Shown here piece by piece: positions 26,345 to 36,528 of a stretch of DNA of 64,000 nt. The stretch comes from Fimbriimonadia bacterium. GTDB taxonomy: Bacteria > Armatimonadota > Fimbriimonadia > Fimbriimonadales > JABRVX01. The stretch's first letter is position 1, and every line of letters begins with the position of its first letter. The DNA is taken from assembly GCA_041483895.1 (NCBI GenBank), contig JBGPGO010000005.1, forward strand, positions 168,632 to 232,631, given 5' to 3'. The notes below the pieces were generated by a model that saw only the letters and a program-made list of their open reading frames with translations, searched no databases and was not told the DNA's origin. The translations under genes were made by a program, and so were the position numbers.

Positions 26345-28015
26345 ATGAACAATAAGAGGCACGCTGAACTGCTCATCGTGCGCGTTCGCTGGGCCTTGCT
26401 GGCCACCGCCTGCGTCATGCTGGAGGGAAGCGTCGCGCTGCCCTACATTGTCGCGATTGCCGCTGCCGTCGCTGCCTTCAACGCGCTCGTTTGGCGGTCT
26501 ACGCAAACGAGCGAGATGTACATCACCTCGGGGCGTCGCCTCGCCAACATTGGCCGCGTCCTTGATTTTGTTGTCATCACTCTAACCATGTTCGCCCCCG
26601 GCGGAACATCCTCGAATACTTACCTGCTTTACATTGTCGTATTGGTCGAGGCGGGATTTGCCGACATCAAGCCCCGCAATCTGATCTACCTGACCGCCGG
26701 TTCGATGGCAGTATTTTTCAGCGCCAGCATGCACCAGCATCCTGCCGCACTTTCAACTATCGGCCTCTGGACAAAGATGGGACTGATTTCCACCGGTTGG
26801 GTCGGCGGCATGTACGTGAGCGCGACACGCATACAGGACGCTACGGGCCGGCACCGGGAACAACGGTTGAACGCCATCTACGAAACCTCCCTACGCCTGA
26901 TAAGCGGAGAGGATATCAATCGAATTCTCACCCAAATCCTGCGCACCGCCGTGAACGAGATGAATGCCACGGCCGGCTACATCATGCTGACCATGCCCGA
27001 TGACCCGGAGCAGCTCGCAACCGAAGTGGCCTACAGCACAAACTCCGACTACGACTTTCCGCGCTCGCTGCGCTTTGGCGAGGGCATGGCGGGATACGTC
27101 GCGGCGACCGGTCAGCCGCTGCTGCTGAATTCAACCGACACGGAAGGCCAGCCGCTCGCTTCGGACCTGTCGCTTGCCGGCAGCACCGCCGCCGTCATCG
27201 TGCCGCTTCTCAATCGATTCGCCAACGTCGCGGCCACGAAAAAAAACCAGGAAGTGATCGGGTGCCTCGTGGTCCAATCGTCGGATCGAGGCAATCCGTT
27301 TTCCGAAGACGATCTGATGCTAGGGCGCATGCTGGCGTCTCTCATCTCCGTTGCCAGCGCCAACGCCCGCTTGTATGAAGATATGAGTCAGACGTTCCTA
27401 CGCACATTAGAAACCCTGGCGAACTCCTTGGAAGCCCGCGACGAGTACACGCGAGGCCACTCCCAGCGAGTCTGCGATCTCTCTCTCATGATCGCGAAAC
27501 ATATGGGTGTCTGCGAGGAAGCCCTCGATGAAATGCGCGTTGGGACCCTCCTCCACGATATCGGCAAAATCGGCATCCCGGACGCGGTCCTCAACAAACC
27601 CGGCCGCCTCACAGAGGACGAGTTCAACCAAATGAAGCGGCATCCGGTCATCGGTTACGAAATTTGCAAACCGCTCGGCCTCAACGAGGGCGCGCTTATG
27701 CTCATTCGAAATCATCATGAAAAGCTGGATGGAAGCGGCTATCCGGACGGAATACGAGGCGGCGAGCTTCCGCTGTCCGTCCGTATCGTCTGTGTGGCTG
27801 ATGCGTTCGACGCCATGTCGTCCCGCCGTCCCTACCGCGAAGTGATGGACGAAAAGTTGCGTTTGGAGCAGTTCAACCGTTTCGCCGGTTCCCAGTTCGA
27901 CCCCGTGGTCGTTCAGACCCTCAAGCAACTCTTGAGAGAGGGCAAGCTGGACGAGATGTATGCCGACCACTGGACCAACGTCGAGCGGGACGAGGATGTC
28001 AAATATGCGGCGTAG
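26345..28015 (+). CDS. Membrane-bound GAF + HD-GYP cyclic dinucleotide phosphodiesterase
   Basis: N-terminal TM helices; GEGMAGYVA GAF motif; TRGHSQRV, LLHDIGK, HHEKLDGSGYP, VADAFDAM, RPYR. Confidence 0.93.
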   Translation: MNNKRHAELLIVRVRWALLATACVMLEGSVALPYIVAIAAAVAAFNALVWRSTQTSEMYITSGRRLANIGRVLDFVVITLTMFAPGGTSSNTYLLYIVVLVEAGFADIKPRNLIYLTAGSMAVFFSASMHQHPAALSTIGLWTKMGLISTGWVGGMYVSATRIQDATGRHREQRLNAIYETSLRLISGEDINRILTQILRTAVNEMNATAGYIMLTMPDDPEQLATEVAYSTNSDYDFPRSLRFGEGMAGYVAATGQPLLLNSTDTEGQPLASDLSLAGSTAAVIVPLLNRFANVAATKKNQEVIGCLVVQSSDRGNPFSEDDLMLGRMLASLISVASANARLYEDMSQTFLRTLETLANSLEARDEYTRGHSQRVCDLSLMIAKHMGVCEEALDEMRVGTLLHDIGKIGIPDAVLNKPGRLTEDEFNQMKRHPVIGYEICKPLGLNEGALMLIRNHHEKLDGSGYPDGIRGGELPLSVRIVCVADAFDAMSSRRPYREVMDEKLRLEQFNRFAGSQFDPVVVQTLKQLLREGKLDEMYADHWTNVERDEDVKYAA

Positions 28016-29189
28016 CTCGGATGCTCGGCAGGCCGACTATCGAGCGGGCTTTGGAGTCGACTTTGGGCGCCGGCTCCTCAAAGCAATCCTCGTCGAGGAT
28101 AGCTTTGAAGGCGTCGTTGTCCGGGCCGCGGCCACGAGTCCTGTGTCGCCGGGATGCTTCATGGGAGATGTGATCGGCGAGCGCAAAAAGGTGGCTGCCC
28201 TCCTAAAATCCCTTTGCGCATCGCAGGGCATCCTTCCCCGGCGCGGCCGATTCTCGGTCCCAACGTCTGCCCTCAATCTACGATGGGTGGACCTGCCACC
28301 GGTCGACGACGTGGATCTGCAAGATGTCGCCGCGTTCCAAGCCAGGCGGTATTTCCCGTCGGCGGAAGGCGGCAGCTACCAGACCCTCACGCGCCTCACT
28401 GGAGCATCGGAGGGAGATGCTGCGCACTATCTTCTGGTCAGCGCTCCGAAAGATGTGGTGGACAGCCGGGCGCTGGTGATGGAGGCCGCGGGAATCGAAC
28501 CGGTTGCGGCCGACATCGAGCCGCTATGCGTTCTGCGCGCTCTGCAAGGTCTTTTCTCCCACGGAGGAGTCTTTTGGCGTAACCAATCCCTGACGTTTGT
28601 GGAGATGGGTTCGCATTCCACGCAGATGTACGTGGTTCGCGATATGGCGCTGCGCTTCGTGCGGGCGATCCCGATCGGCGGCCGGAACGTGGCGCTCAAA
28701 GTCGCGGAACATCGCGGCTGCACGGAAGCCCAGGCGGCCGATTGGGTGGAAGGGCCGACCAGCGCCATCACAATCGATGGGATGTTGCGAGTGGGACCGG
28801 ACGGAGAGCGGCAGGAGCTGTCTGTCGATTCTGTGTTGGCGCCCATGATTCGTGAGATTCATCGGCTGCTTATTTACTACCGATCCCTCTTTCCGGAACG
28901 CAGCTATGCGGGAATCTTGGACAGGGTCTACCTGTGTGGGGGCATGGCGTCGCTGCGCGGGATGGAGCAGGTGCTTGCGCATCAATTGGGGGTCAGCATC
29001 CATCTGGTCAACCCGTTCTCCCAAGCATTGGCAAAATTCAACATCAACGCATTCGAATCGGTATCGCACCGCGAACATGCGTTCACAGGCACGATGGGCC
29101 TGGCAACGGCCGACTTGATGGACGCACCGCTTGGCGAAGGAGCCATCTATAGTGACAGTAGCGACTTCCTCTGGACACGTCCAGCATGA
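28005..29189 (+). CDS. pilM: Type IV pilus assembly protein PilM (actin-like)
   Basis: GVDFG...LKA, AGIEPVAADIEP, FVRAIPIGG, VYLCGGMASL, LVNPF. Confidence 0.85.
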   Translation: MRRSSDARQADYRAGFGVDFGRRLLKAILVEDSFEGVVVRAAATSPVSPGCFMGDVIGERKKVAALLKSLCASQGILPRRGRFSVPTSALNLRWVDLPPVDDVDLQDVAAFQARRYFPSAEGGSYQTLTRLTGASEGDAAHYLLVSAPKDVVDSRALVMEAAGIEPVAADIEPLCVLRALQGLFSHGGVFWRNQSLTFVEMGSHSTQMYVVRDMALRFVRAIPIGGRNVALKVAEHRGCTEAQAADWVEGPTSAITIDGMLRVGPDGERQELSVDSVLAPMIREIHRLLIYYRSLFPERSYAGILDRVYLCGGMASLRGMEQVLAHQLGVSIHLVNPFSQALAKFNINAFESVSHREHAFTGTMGLATADLMDAPLGEGAIYSDSSDFLWTRPA

Positions 29190-29760
29190 AGCAACCCTAA
29201 GTTTCGGGCAAGTAAACCTGCTTGCGGAACGCATTGCGGCGCATGAGAACAACTATCGCCGTTCGCGTGGCGCTGTCCGCGGATTAGTCGTTCTTCTGTT
29301 GATCGCCGGTCTCGCTCTGCCGTATGGATGGGTCGTCTGCCGCTCGCTCGATACCGACGTGACAAAAGAAGGGCGCACGCTTTCGCAATCAAAATCCCGC
29401 CTAAACAAGATGGGGGCCGCGGCAGCGACGCTCGCGCCGACCATTGGCTACCTCGATCGGAAACAGGTCTCAGGTGAGCATCTCCTCTCTTGGAAATCGG
29501 CAATCTCCATCCTTGAATCGGCCGCGGGCACGGATGGACTCGTCTCGCAGATCAAGCTCAAGCTCTCTCCAGGCCAGATGGATGCGGAGATGACCGGGGA
29601 AACCCGATCGCTCCTAGCGGCAAACGAATTGGCGGCACGATACCAAGATTCTCCGGCGACGAAGGAGCTTCACGTCGTGTCAATCAAGGAGGCCACAACG
29701 CTGGACGCGACCAAAGGCGCTGCGCAATATGAAATCAAGGGGAAGATCGGTCTTCAATGA
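29131..29760 (+). CDS. PilN-like protein (start uncertain)
   Basis: VNLL motif, then a TM helix and coiled coil; follows pilM. Confidence 0.65.
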   Translation: MAKEPSIVTVATSSGHVQHEATLSFGQVNLLAERIAAHENNYRRSRGAVRGLVVLLLIAGLALPYGWVVCRSLDTDVTKEGRTLSQSKSRLNKMGAAAATLAPTIGYLDRKQVSGEHLLSWKSAISILESAAGTDGLVSQIKLKLSPGQMDAEMTGETRSLLAANELAARYQDSPATKELHVVSIKEATTLDATKGAAQYEIKGKIGLQ

Positions 29761-30356
29761 ACAGCCGCGTCCTCCTCTCCAAGCCATGCACTGTTGAGTC
29801 GTTGACGACGACCTTGCGAATCGTGGCGGCGGTCGTCCTGGTCGCGGGCGGCTATATCGGTTATCGCGTCTACGGATCAACAGTGAAATTGAATGATCTC
29901 AGGCGCTCCATCCACACAAGCTCCACAAGTTTTCAGGACGCCCAGAAGCTGTACAGAGACAACACGATAAAGGCGGCCGGAATGTCGCGCGTGGACGTGA
30001 CGCAGCAGACGGCGATTCGGTTCGCGGCGCAGCTCGATCGGCTTTGCCGAGAGAGCGGCGGAAAGATAACGAAGATCGCGACGGAGGGCGTGGAGCGGAT
30101 GGCGCTCGACAACTTCGACAAGGGGACGGCGGTGCCCGGTTGGCAGGTGGTCGGCAGCGAAGTTGACGTGGTCGGTTCGTATCCGGCGATTCATGCAATT
30201 CTGAATCACCTGAGCGAACTGCCTAGCCCCGTGGAAGTTACCGGCATATCGATTACCCGTTTAGGGCTGATGGACAACAACAAAGGGTCCAAGTTGGAAT
30301 TGAAGATGAATGTCGAGGTGTACCAGCCGGGCGGCGATACAGGGGCTGCCAAGTGA
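29757..30356 (+). CDS. PilO-like protein
   Basis: TM helix, coiled coil, VVGSYPAIHAILNHL; operon position. Confidence 0.7.
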   Translation: MNSRVLLSKPCTVESLTTTLRIVAAVVLVAGGYIGYRVYGSTVKLNDLRRSIHTSSTSFQDAQKLYRDNTIKAAGMSRVDVTQQTAIRFAAQLDRLCRESGGKITKIATEGVERMALDNFDKGTAVPGWQVVGSEVDVVGSYPAIHAILNHLSELPSPVEVTGISITRLGLMDNNKGSKLELKMNVEVYQPGGDTGAAK

Positions 30357-31033
30357 ACCTGAAGAAACTCCGCCACGATCCTCGGTTGGTTGCGCCGCTC
30401 ACGATCGTCGCCATATTTACAACGGGTTATGCGCTGATGCAGTCAATGCCGAAAGGGCCTCCACCGAAGGTGGCGGTGAAGGAGATTGGCCCTCAGGCGA
30501 TGGGAATCACGAAGGCGGCGCACAACCACTTGCATCTCTCGGTGGTGCGATCGGATCCCTACTTTCATCCCAGACTCCTAACCGCTGAGGAGAAAGGCGT
30601 GGTCGAGGAGAATCCGAATCCTGATTTCGGCGTGGAAGGACTTTACGGGAACCTGCACCCTGTCCGAATTGGTCAGACGTCCGAAACGTCCGCACAGCCA
30701 AACACGGGAGCCGGCGGCGCAAAGTCAGCCTCCCAACCCGGCCCAGAACCAAAGACAGCGCCCGTTAAGAGCACCAAACCGCAACAAAAGAAAGATTCCG
30801 GACCTGTCACGCCCGAGCCACCGGATTACCGGCTGTCGGCAGTGTTATGGGGAACCAAACCGTTGGCGGTGCTCGTCGGACCCGACAACACTCCGCTCTA
30901 CGTGACGACCGGCGACAAATTGCCGACCGGCGAAATAGTGAAAATCCTTTCCCGCAAAAGCATCCGGCTAACAAAAAGCGGCCATCCATTCCTGATCGTG
31001 CTCTCCGGTGAGGAGGAGAAGAAGAACCCATGA
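30353..31033 (+). CDS. PilP/GspC-like protein
   Basis: TM helix, RSDPY, Pro-rich linker, YRLSAVL...LAVL...YVTTGDKL. Confidence 0.65.
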   Translation: MNLKKLRHDPRLVAPLTIVAIFTTGYALMQSMPKGPPPKVAVKEIGPQAMGITKAAHNHLHLSVVRSDPYFHPRLLTAEEKGVVEENPNPDFGVEGLYGNLHPVRIGQTSETSAQPNTGAGGAKSASQPGPEPKTAPVKSTKPQQKKDSGPVTPEPPDYRLSAVLWGTKPLAVLVGPDNTPLYVTTGDKLPTGEIVKILSRKSIRLTKSGHPFLIVLSGEEEKKNP

Positions 31034-32391
31034 ACTTACTACGCACTACCGTCTGCCTCGGCCTCCTAACATGTTTCGTGACAGGCGCTCCGGCAAACCC
31101 GCCAGGCTCCATCATTCAGCAGATAGCGAAAAGCTTTGCGGCAAGCAACATGGTCTCAGTAGACATGCAGGACTCCGACGTCAAGTCGGTTGTAAAGGGA
31201 CTTGCGAAACAGCACAACATCAACCTTGTCTTCGCCACCGACCTCATTTCCAAACGAACCCTCAGCCTAAAGAACGTGACCTTTGACGAGGCTCTCTCAC
31301 AGCTCATCAAATACGACGGAATGATGTGGCACAAGGACAAGAGCGTGTACGTGGTCGGCACCAAGGAGAAGCTTGCGGAGATATTTCCCGAGCTGCGTCC
31401 CGCCGTCGTCCCAAAAGGCCCGGAACCCGAGATCATCCAGACCGCTTACACCTGTAACCACATCAAGGCGGGGGAAGCGGTCATCGCCCTGGGCAAACTG
31501 TATCCGCCGGAAAGCGGTCTGCTCGTCCTGGCCGCTCCCTCATCCATCACTCCCGGGCTTAGCTCCACCTATTCCGCAAAGCAAGGGATTAGCGCAAGCC
31601 CAATCGCGGAAAGCTCTTCGGAACCGCAGACCGCGCGAACCCTTCTGTTGCGTGGCCCGGCAGAGCTGGTACAGACAGCATTGGACGCGCTCAAAAAGAT
31701 GGACCTTCCCCGAAGACAGGTGAATGTCTCTGTCACGATCAGCGACGTATCTGAAGACGCCCTGAAAGACCTCGGTTTGGAATGGAGCTGGTCGGGAATC
31801 GGTCTCAAGGAACGATCCACGGGAGGAATTGGTTTTGGAAAATACCTCCGGGACCCGTTCAATGTGAGCTCCGTTTTAAGCGCGTTGGAGACCCAAGGCA
31901 AGTCCAAGCTGCTGGCCTCTCCGTCCGTGTCGGTTCTTGACGGCGAGAAGGCGTTCGTGCTCATCGGTCAGCGCATCCTCTACCCGGTCATCGTCGGCCT
32001 AACCCCCAATAACACCCCGATCTTCGACAAGCAGGAAGAGAGGGTCGGCATCTATCTGCAGGTCAGCGCCGTGATTGCTGACAACGGAGATGTTACGCTC
32101 ACGCTCTACCCCCAGGTCTCGAGCATCACGGGCTATCTCCAACAGAACGGCGCCAGCTATCCCCAAATATCGACTCGGGAAGCGCAAACGACGCTGCGGG
32201 TGAAGAACGGACAGCCCATCGTGATTGGCGGCCTGATGCGCGAGGAAGAGGTCAAGCAGATGCAGAAGGTCCCCGGTCTCGGTGACATCCCGTTCTTTGG
32301 GGAGCTGTTCAAGCACCGGAAAACCACCAAAAGCACCTCGCAGATTGTAATCGTGATCGTTCCGACGGTGCTCGTGGAGAAGGCCCTTTGA
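31030..32391 (+). CDS. Secretin (PilQ/GspD family)
   Basis: MDLPRRQV, LLASPSV, VGIYLQV, ISTREAQT, IVIGGL, KVPGLGDIPFFGELFK. Confidence 0.93.
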   Translation: MNLLRTTVCLGLLTCFVTGAPANPPGSIIQQIAKSFAASNMVSVDMQDSDVKSVVKGLAKQHNINLVFATDLISKRTLSLKNVTFDEALSQLIKYDGMMWHKDKSVYVVGTKEKLAEIFPELRPAVVPKGPEPEIIQTAYTCNHIKAGEAVIALGKLYPPESGLLVLAAPSSITPGLSSTYSAKQGISASPIAESSSEPQTARTLLLRGPAELVQTALDALKKMDLPRRQVNVSVTISDVSEDALKDLGLEWSWSGIGLKERSTGGIGFGKYLRDPFNVSSVLSALETQGKSKLLASPSVSVLDGEKAFVLIGQRILYPVIVGLTPNNTPIFDKQEERVGIYLQVSAVIADNGDVTLTLYPQVSSITGYLQQNGASYPQISTREAQTTLRVKNGQPIVIGGLMREEEVKQMQKVPGLGDIPFFGELFKHRKTTKSTSQIVIVIVPTVLVEKAL

Positions 32392-34091
32392 TCGTAGAAC
32401 GCCCCCTGGCTGAGCTGTTTGTGGAAGAAGGGCTTATCGAGCGCGACGAGCTCAACGGAATCCTTGGCCAGCGCGAGGACGCAACCGAGCCGATCGGCGA
32501 CCTGTTGGTGCGGCTCGGCAAGATAACGGAAAAGCAGAAGGCCTATTGTGTCGGAAAGCAGCTAGGGGTTGCCTTCATCGATCTGGCCCGCTTAGACCTT
32601 GACGCCGATGTCGCCCGATCCATCCCGCACTCGACCGCCATTCGACTACTTTCCATCCCGTTCGAGAAAACGGTGGACGGCTATTCCGTCGCCATGGTCA
32701 ACCCGCTCGATATCGCGGCCATCGATGAGCTGCAAGAGCGGATGAACGCAATTGTCGAACCCTATGTCGCAACGGAAGAAGACATCCGCGACGGGATTTT
32801 CCGCACATTCGGCGCCTATGACGACCTTGGAGAAATCGTAGGGGAAGCGATCAAGGGCTTGGACTCTTCCGAGATCGAGGTCGCCGGGGATGCCGTTGAC
32901 GACGGCAATATGAACGTTGTCGAGCTCAAGGAGGTGGTGGAAGGCGCGCCGGTAATCAAGCTTGTGAACGCCATCTTGGTCCGCGCGATTTCGACCCGCT
33001 CCAGCGACATCCATATCGAGCCACATCAACGCCGAGTGCGAATCCGATATCGAATCGACGGCATGCTGCAAGAGGCTATGGTGCTGCCGAAGGACCTGCA
33101 ATATCCGCTCACGTCGAGAATCAAAGTTATGGGCGCGATGGACATTGCGGAAAGACGCGTGCCGCAAGACGGACGATGCGCCCTCATTACCCATCAAGGC
33201 GAGTACGACTTCCGAATCTCCAGCTACCCGACCATCAATGGCGAGAATCTGGTGCTGCGTATCTTGGACAAGAAGGCGGCGCGGATCGGCATGAATCACC
33301 TCGGCTTTACCCCCGAGGTGCTGGCATTGGTAGAGCAGATGGTGAACGCCCCGCACGGAATGATCATTGCCACCGGTCCGACCGGTTCGGGCAAGACAAC
33401 CACACTGTACGCGCTGCTCAACCTATTGAATACAGTCGAGCGCAACGTGATGACGATCGAGGACCCGGTCGAATATCAGTTGCCCGGAGTGGTGCAGGGA
33501 AATGTAAATCCAAAGGCAGGAATCACATTCGCCAACGGCCTTCGCGCCATCCTTCGCCAGGACCCGGACGTGCTGTTGGTTGGCGAAATCCGAGACACGG
33601 AGACAGCCGAGATCGCGATCGAATCCGCGCTCACCGGCCACTTGGTTCTCTCCAGCCTGCACGCCAACGACTGCGCGGGAGCGCTAAGCCGCCTGCTGGA
33701 CATGGGTATCGAGCCGTTCCTCGTTTCCTCCGCCGCGAATCTCGTGCTTGCGCAGCGCCTGCTCCGTCTTACCTGCCACAAGTGCCGAATGCCGTACGAG
33801 CCAAGCCCGGTCTTGCTCCAGGAGATGGGGCTCGATCCGGGGCTGCATTATGAACATGGTCTCGGCTGCGACTACTGCGCGCGGACCGGTTACCGAGGCC
33901 GATCGGCTGCCTACGAGGCGATGGAAATCTCTCCCCAAATACAGAAGCTGATCATGCGCAAATCCACCTCGGCCCAGATCAAATTGGAGGCAATGAATCA
34001 GGGCATGACCTCACTGCGAGACAATGCGGTTGCCAAAGTGCAGGAGGGAGAAACAACACCGGAGGAGGTCGCAAGAGCAACGCTCGAATAG
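32388..34091 (+). CDS. pilB: PilB/GspE assembly ATPase
   Basis: SDIHIEP, ERRVPQDG, Walker A GPTGSGKT, TIEDPVEY, LRQDPD, tetracysteine zinc motif. Confidence 0.95.
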   Translation: MIVERPLAELFVEEGLIERDELNGILGQREDATEPIGDLLVRLGKITEKQKAYCVGKQLGVAFIDLARLDLDADVARSIPHSTAIRLLSIPFEKTVDGYSVAMVNPLDIAAIDELQERMNAIVEPYVATEEDIRDGIFRTFGAYDDLGEIVGEAIKGLDSSEIEVAGDAVDDGNMNVVELKEVVEGAPVIKLVNAILVRAISTRSSDIHIEPHQRRVRIRYRIDGMLQEAMVLPKDLQYPLTSRIKVMGAMDIAERRVPQDGRCALITHQGEYDFRISSYPTINGENLVLRILDKKAARIGMNHLGFTPEVLALVEQMVNAPHGMIIATGPTGSGKTTTLYALLNLLNTVERNVMTIEDPVEYQLPGVVQGNVNPKAGITFANGLRAILRQDPDVLLVGEIRDTETAEIAIESALTGHLVLSSLHANDCAGALSRLLDMGIEPFLVSSAANLVLAQRLLRLTCHKCRMPYEPSPVLLQEMGLDPGLHYEHGLGCDYCARTGYRGRSAAYEAMEISPQIQKLIMRKSTSAQIKLEAMNQGMTSLRDNAVAKVQEGETTPEEVARATLE

Positions 34092-34093
34092 CC

Positions 34094-35335
34094 ATGCCAG
34101 TATTTGAATTCAAAGCATACGAGGCAAATGGGGTCAGAGTGTTGGACTCCATCGAAGCCGATACCGAACAGCAGGCCTTCCGCCGCCTTGCCGCCCGCGG
34201 ATTGACCGTCGCATCTCTCCGGATGCGCGAACGCAGGATCACGAAGCGCGCATTGGCGCAGCAATTGGAATCCGGCGCGAAAGCCGGCTTCTTCCGCAAG
34301 AAGCTGAAACAAGAGGACATCGTTGCCGCCTGCCGCGAGCTATCCATCATGGTGGGCGCGGGCATACCTGTCACCGAAGCTCTTGTGGCATTGCGAGACC
34401 ATGCGAAGCACCCGACCCTGCACGATGCCCTCGATCGCATCGTCACGGATGTCGCGGGCGGATCGACTCTATCCAACGCCCTGCGATCCGTGCCGCACGT
34501 GTTCCCTATCTACTTCGCGGACATCGTCCATGTGGCGGAAGAGGGCGGGAATCTGGTGAACGCACTGGAAACGGGTTCGACCCAAATGGAGCAGTCGTTG
34601 GATCTGCGCAAAAAAGTTATGTCGGCGCTCCTTTACCCGTCGTTGCTTCTTGGCGTTTCGCTCATCACTGTAACGCTGCTGGTCGTTTTCGTCCTGCCCC
34701 GGTTTTCAAAAATATTTCAGAATATGAAGGTCGAGATTCCGACTACCACCAAGATGCTTCTCTCGTCCAGCCTCTTTCTCGAACACAACTGGCTATTCGT
34801 TCTCGGAGGTCTAGTCATCGTTGTGGCGGCTCACAGGCGTCTTCTTAAAGAGCGAGGGTTTGCGACTTCTTGGACGAAGCTCATGATGATGATTCCGATC
34901 GCGGGGGACATTATTCGCAAGCTCGCCATTTCCCGTGCGCTGTCCGTGCTCAGCTCGATGCTCGCGTCGAACGTGCCTCTGATGGCCGCTTTGAGCCACG
35001 CCGCTCGAATTTCCGGAAACCTCGTCATCGAAGACGGGCTGATCCAAGTAGCCCGGCGCGTGGAGTCTGGCCGTAGCTTCGCTGAATCGCTGGACGATGC
35101 GGCCATCGTCCCGCCGGTTGTGGTGCAGATGGCATCGGTCGGCGAAAAGACCGGCACGTTGGGTCAGGTCATGGGCAGAACCGCCGAGTTCTTTCAAAAC
35201 GACGTGGAGAATAGCTTGAAGTCGCTGACCTCGATCATCGAGCCGGTCATGATCGTGGCTCTTGGCGTGTTCGTGGGATTTATCACCCTGTCCGTCATCA
35301 CCCCCATCTACACTCTCGTGGGGTCCGTTAAATGA
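34094..35335 (+). CDS. pilC: PilC/GspF inner-membrane platform protein
   Basis: Duplicated T2SSF domains; SALLYP, VGEKTG, IIEP. Confidence 0.93.
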   Translation: MPVFEFKAYEANGVRVLDSIEADTEQQAFRRLAARGLTVASLRMRERRITKRALAQQLESGAKAGFFRKKLKQEDIVAACRELSIMVGAGIPVTEALVALRDHAKHPTLHDALDRIVTDVAGGSTLSNALRSVPHVFPIYFADIVHVAEEGGNLVNALETGSTQMEQSLDLRKKVMSALLYPSLLLGVSLITVTLLVVFVLPRFSKIFQNMKVEIPTTTKMLLSSSLFLEHNWLFVLGGLVIVVAAHRRLLKERGFATSWTKLMMMIPIAGDIIRKLAISRALSVLSSMLASNVPLMAALSHAARISGNLVIEDGLIQVARRVESGRSFAESLDDAAIVPPVVVQMASVGEKTGTLGQVMGRTAEFFQNDVENSLKSLTSIIEPVMIVALGVFVGFITLSVITPIYTLVGSVK

Positions 35336-35754
35336 AGCGAAGAGGATTTACCATTGTCGATGTCCTCGTCACGATTATCCTGATGGGAATCATGGCGTCG
35401 ATCATCATTCCAAAGATCTATGGCGTTCAGGCGAGGGCGCGTCTGAGCGCCCAAATAGAGCTGCTAGCAATCTACAACCATGCGTCGCTCCGCTGCCAGA
35501 CCGACACCGACATGTTCGTCAACGACCTCAAAGAACTGACGTCGGAAACCTCACCTGATACGGGTCTTGCTCCGGACGGCAGCGTCGTCGCGAGGCGCAA
35601 GCCGCTCTGGCGCGGGCCGTATGTTTCCGGCGTCCAAAACGACCCCGTGTCCGATCTGGGCTTCAAATATGTTACGAAAGGCCGGCGCATCGGCACCGTT
35701 CTGCCCCCGGACGGAGTGGAGGAATCGGGAGAGGTAACGGTCAAGGAAACATAG
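35332..35754 (+). CDS. GspG-like pseudopilin with Asp in place of E5
   Basis: RGFTIVDVL; WRGPYV...DP. Confidence 0.8.
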   Translation: MKRRGFTIVDVLVTIILMGIMASIIIPKIYGVQARARLSAQIELLAIYNHASLRCQTDTDMFVNDLKELTSETSPDTGLAPDGSVVARRKPLWRGPYVSGVQNDPVSDLGFKYVTKGRRIGTVLPPDGVEESGEVTVKET

Positions 35755-35764
35755 GTACCCATTA

Positions 35765-35858
35765 ACGGGGACACCGCAAACCAACCTGGAAACACGTCTC
35801 CTTTGCCCGAAATCCAAGCAGATGCACCGGTAAACCGGATGGTAGCCGGCGCCTGATC
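35765..35858 (+). ncRNA. Possible degenerate c-di-GMP-I-like riboswitch leader
   Basis: GCAAACC...GAAA... and 3' ATGGTAGCCGGCGCC resemble class I consensus elements; the central GACGCAAA junction is not evident. Confidence 0.25.
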
Positions 35859-35899
35859 CGTGGAATTAACGCTATGGCTAACCGCAGCAGGAGGGGATC

Positions 35900-36343
35900 A
35901 TGGTGCTGGATATTGGGAAGACGAGGAACAGAGCGTTCACGCTCATAGAAGTTTTGGTAGTTGTGGTCGTTATCGCGATCTTGGCGGCAGTCGTGCTGCC
36001 GAAGTTTGTGAATTCCGGCCTGCGCGGCAAAGAGGCGGCGCTTCGGGCCAACCTCAAGCTCGTACGGAACGCGGCCGAAATGTTTCACAACGACTGCGAC
36101 GCATGGCCAGCCGCGTTGCTCGACCTGACGGTATCCCCGGCACCGGCCAACGGCAAGGATGACGCGGGCAGCGCGAAGGCGATCACCGCCGCGAATTGGA
36201 AAGGCCCGTATCTCTCGTCCATCGAGAAAGATCCGGTCTCTGCCGCGGATCTGACCTACTCCGTGGCCGCCGGGACCGTTGGCAAGGTTAACTCCAGCGC
36301 AACGGGTAGCGACACAGCGGGCGTCGCGTACAGCGCGTATTAG
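35900..36343 (+). CDS. Probable major pilin/pseudopilin (GspG-like)
   Basis: AGGAGG RBS; RAFTLIEVLVV; WKGPYL...DP. Confidence 0.9.
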   Translation: MVLDIGKTRNRAFTLIEVLVVVVVIAILAAVVLPKFVNSGLRGKEAALRANLKLVRNAAEMFHNDCDAWPAALLDLTVSPAPANGKDDAGSAKAITAANWKGPYLSSIEKDPVSAADLTYSVAAGTVGKVNSSATGSDTAGVAYSAY

Positions 36344-36366
36344 GAAGAGCGACTGCGACATTCCAT

Positions 36367-36399
36367 GGCCGGGTATCTGCCCAGATACCCGGCCCTTTT
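36367..36399 (+). terminator. Rho-independent terminator after the pilin gene
   Basis: GGCCGGGTATCTG/CAGATACCCGGCC stem followed by CTTTT. Confidence 0.8.
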
Positions 36400-36406
36400 G
36401 CTTAAC

Positions 36407-36443
36407 CCCCTCCCCCGCTTGCGGGGATGGCTGGGGTGGGGGC
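36407..36443. repeat. REP-like element, family D (CCCTCCCCCGCTTGCGGGG...GGGTGGGGG)
   Basis: Hairpin-forming; its first 16 nt recur exactly at 63861-63876. Confidence 0.6.
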
Positions 36444-36528
36444 CGTTGCGCCGGGGTCCTCGTCTGCCGATACCTTCCCAAATGCCGACCCCAAAGACCC
36501 CGGCGCTAGGCTAGGTAGACTCCCCGAC

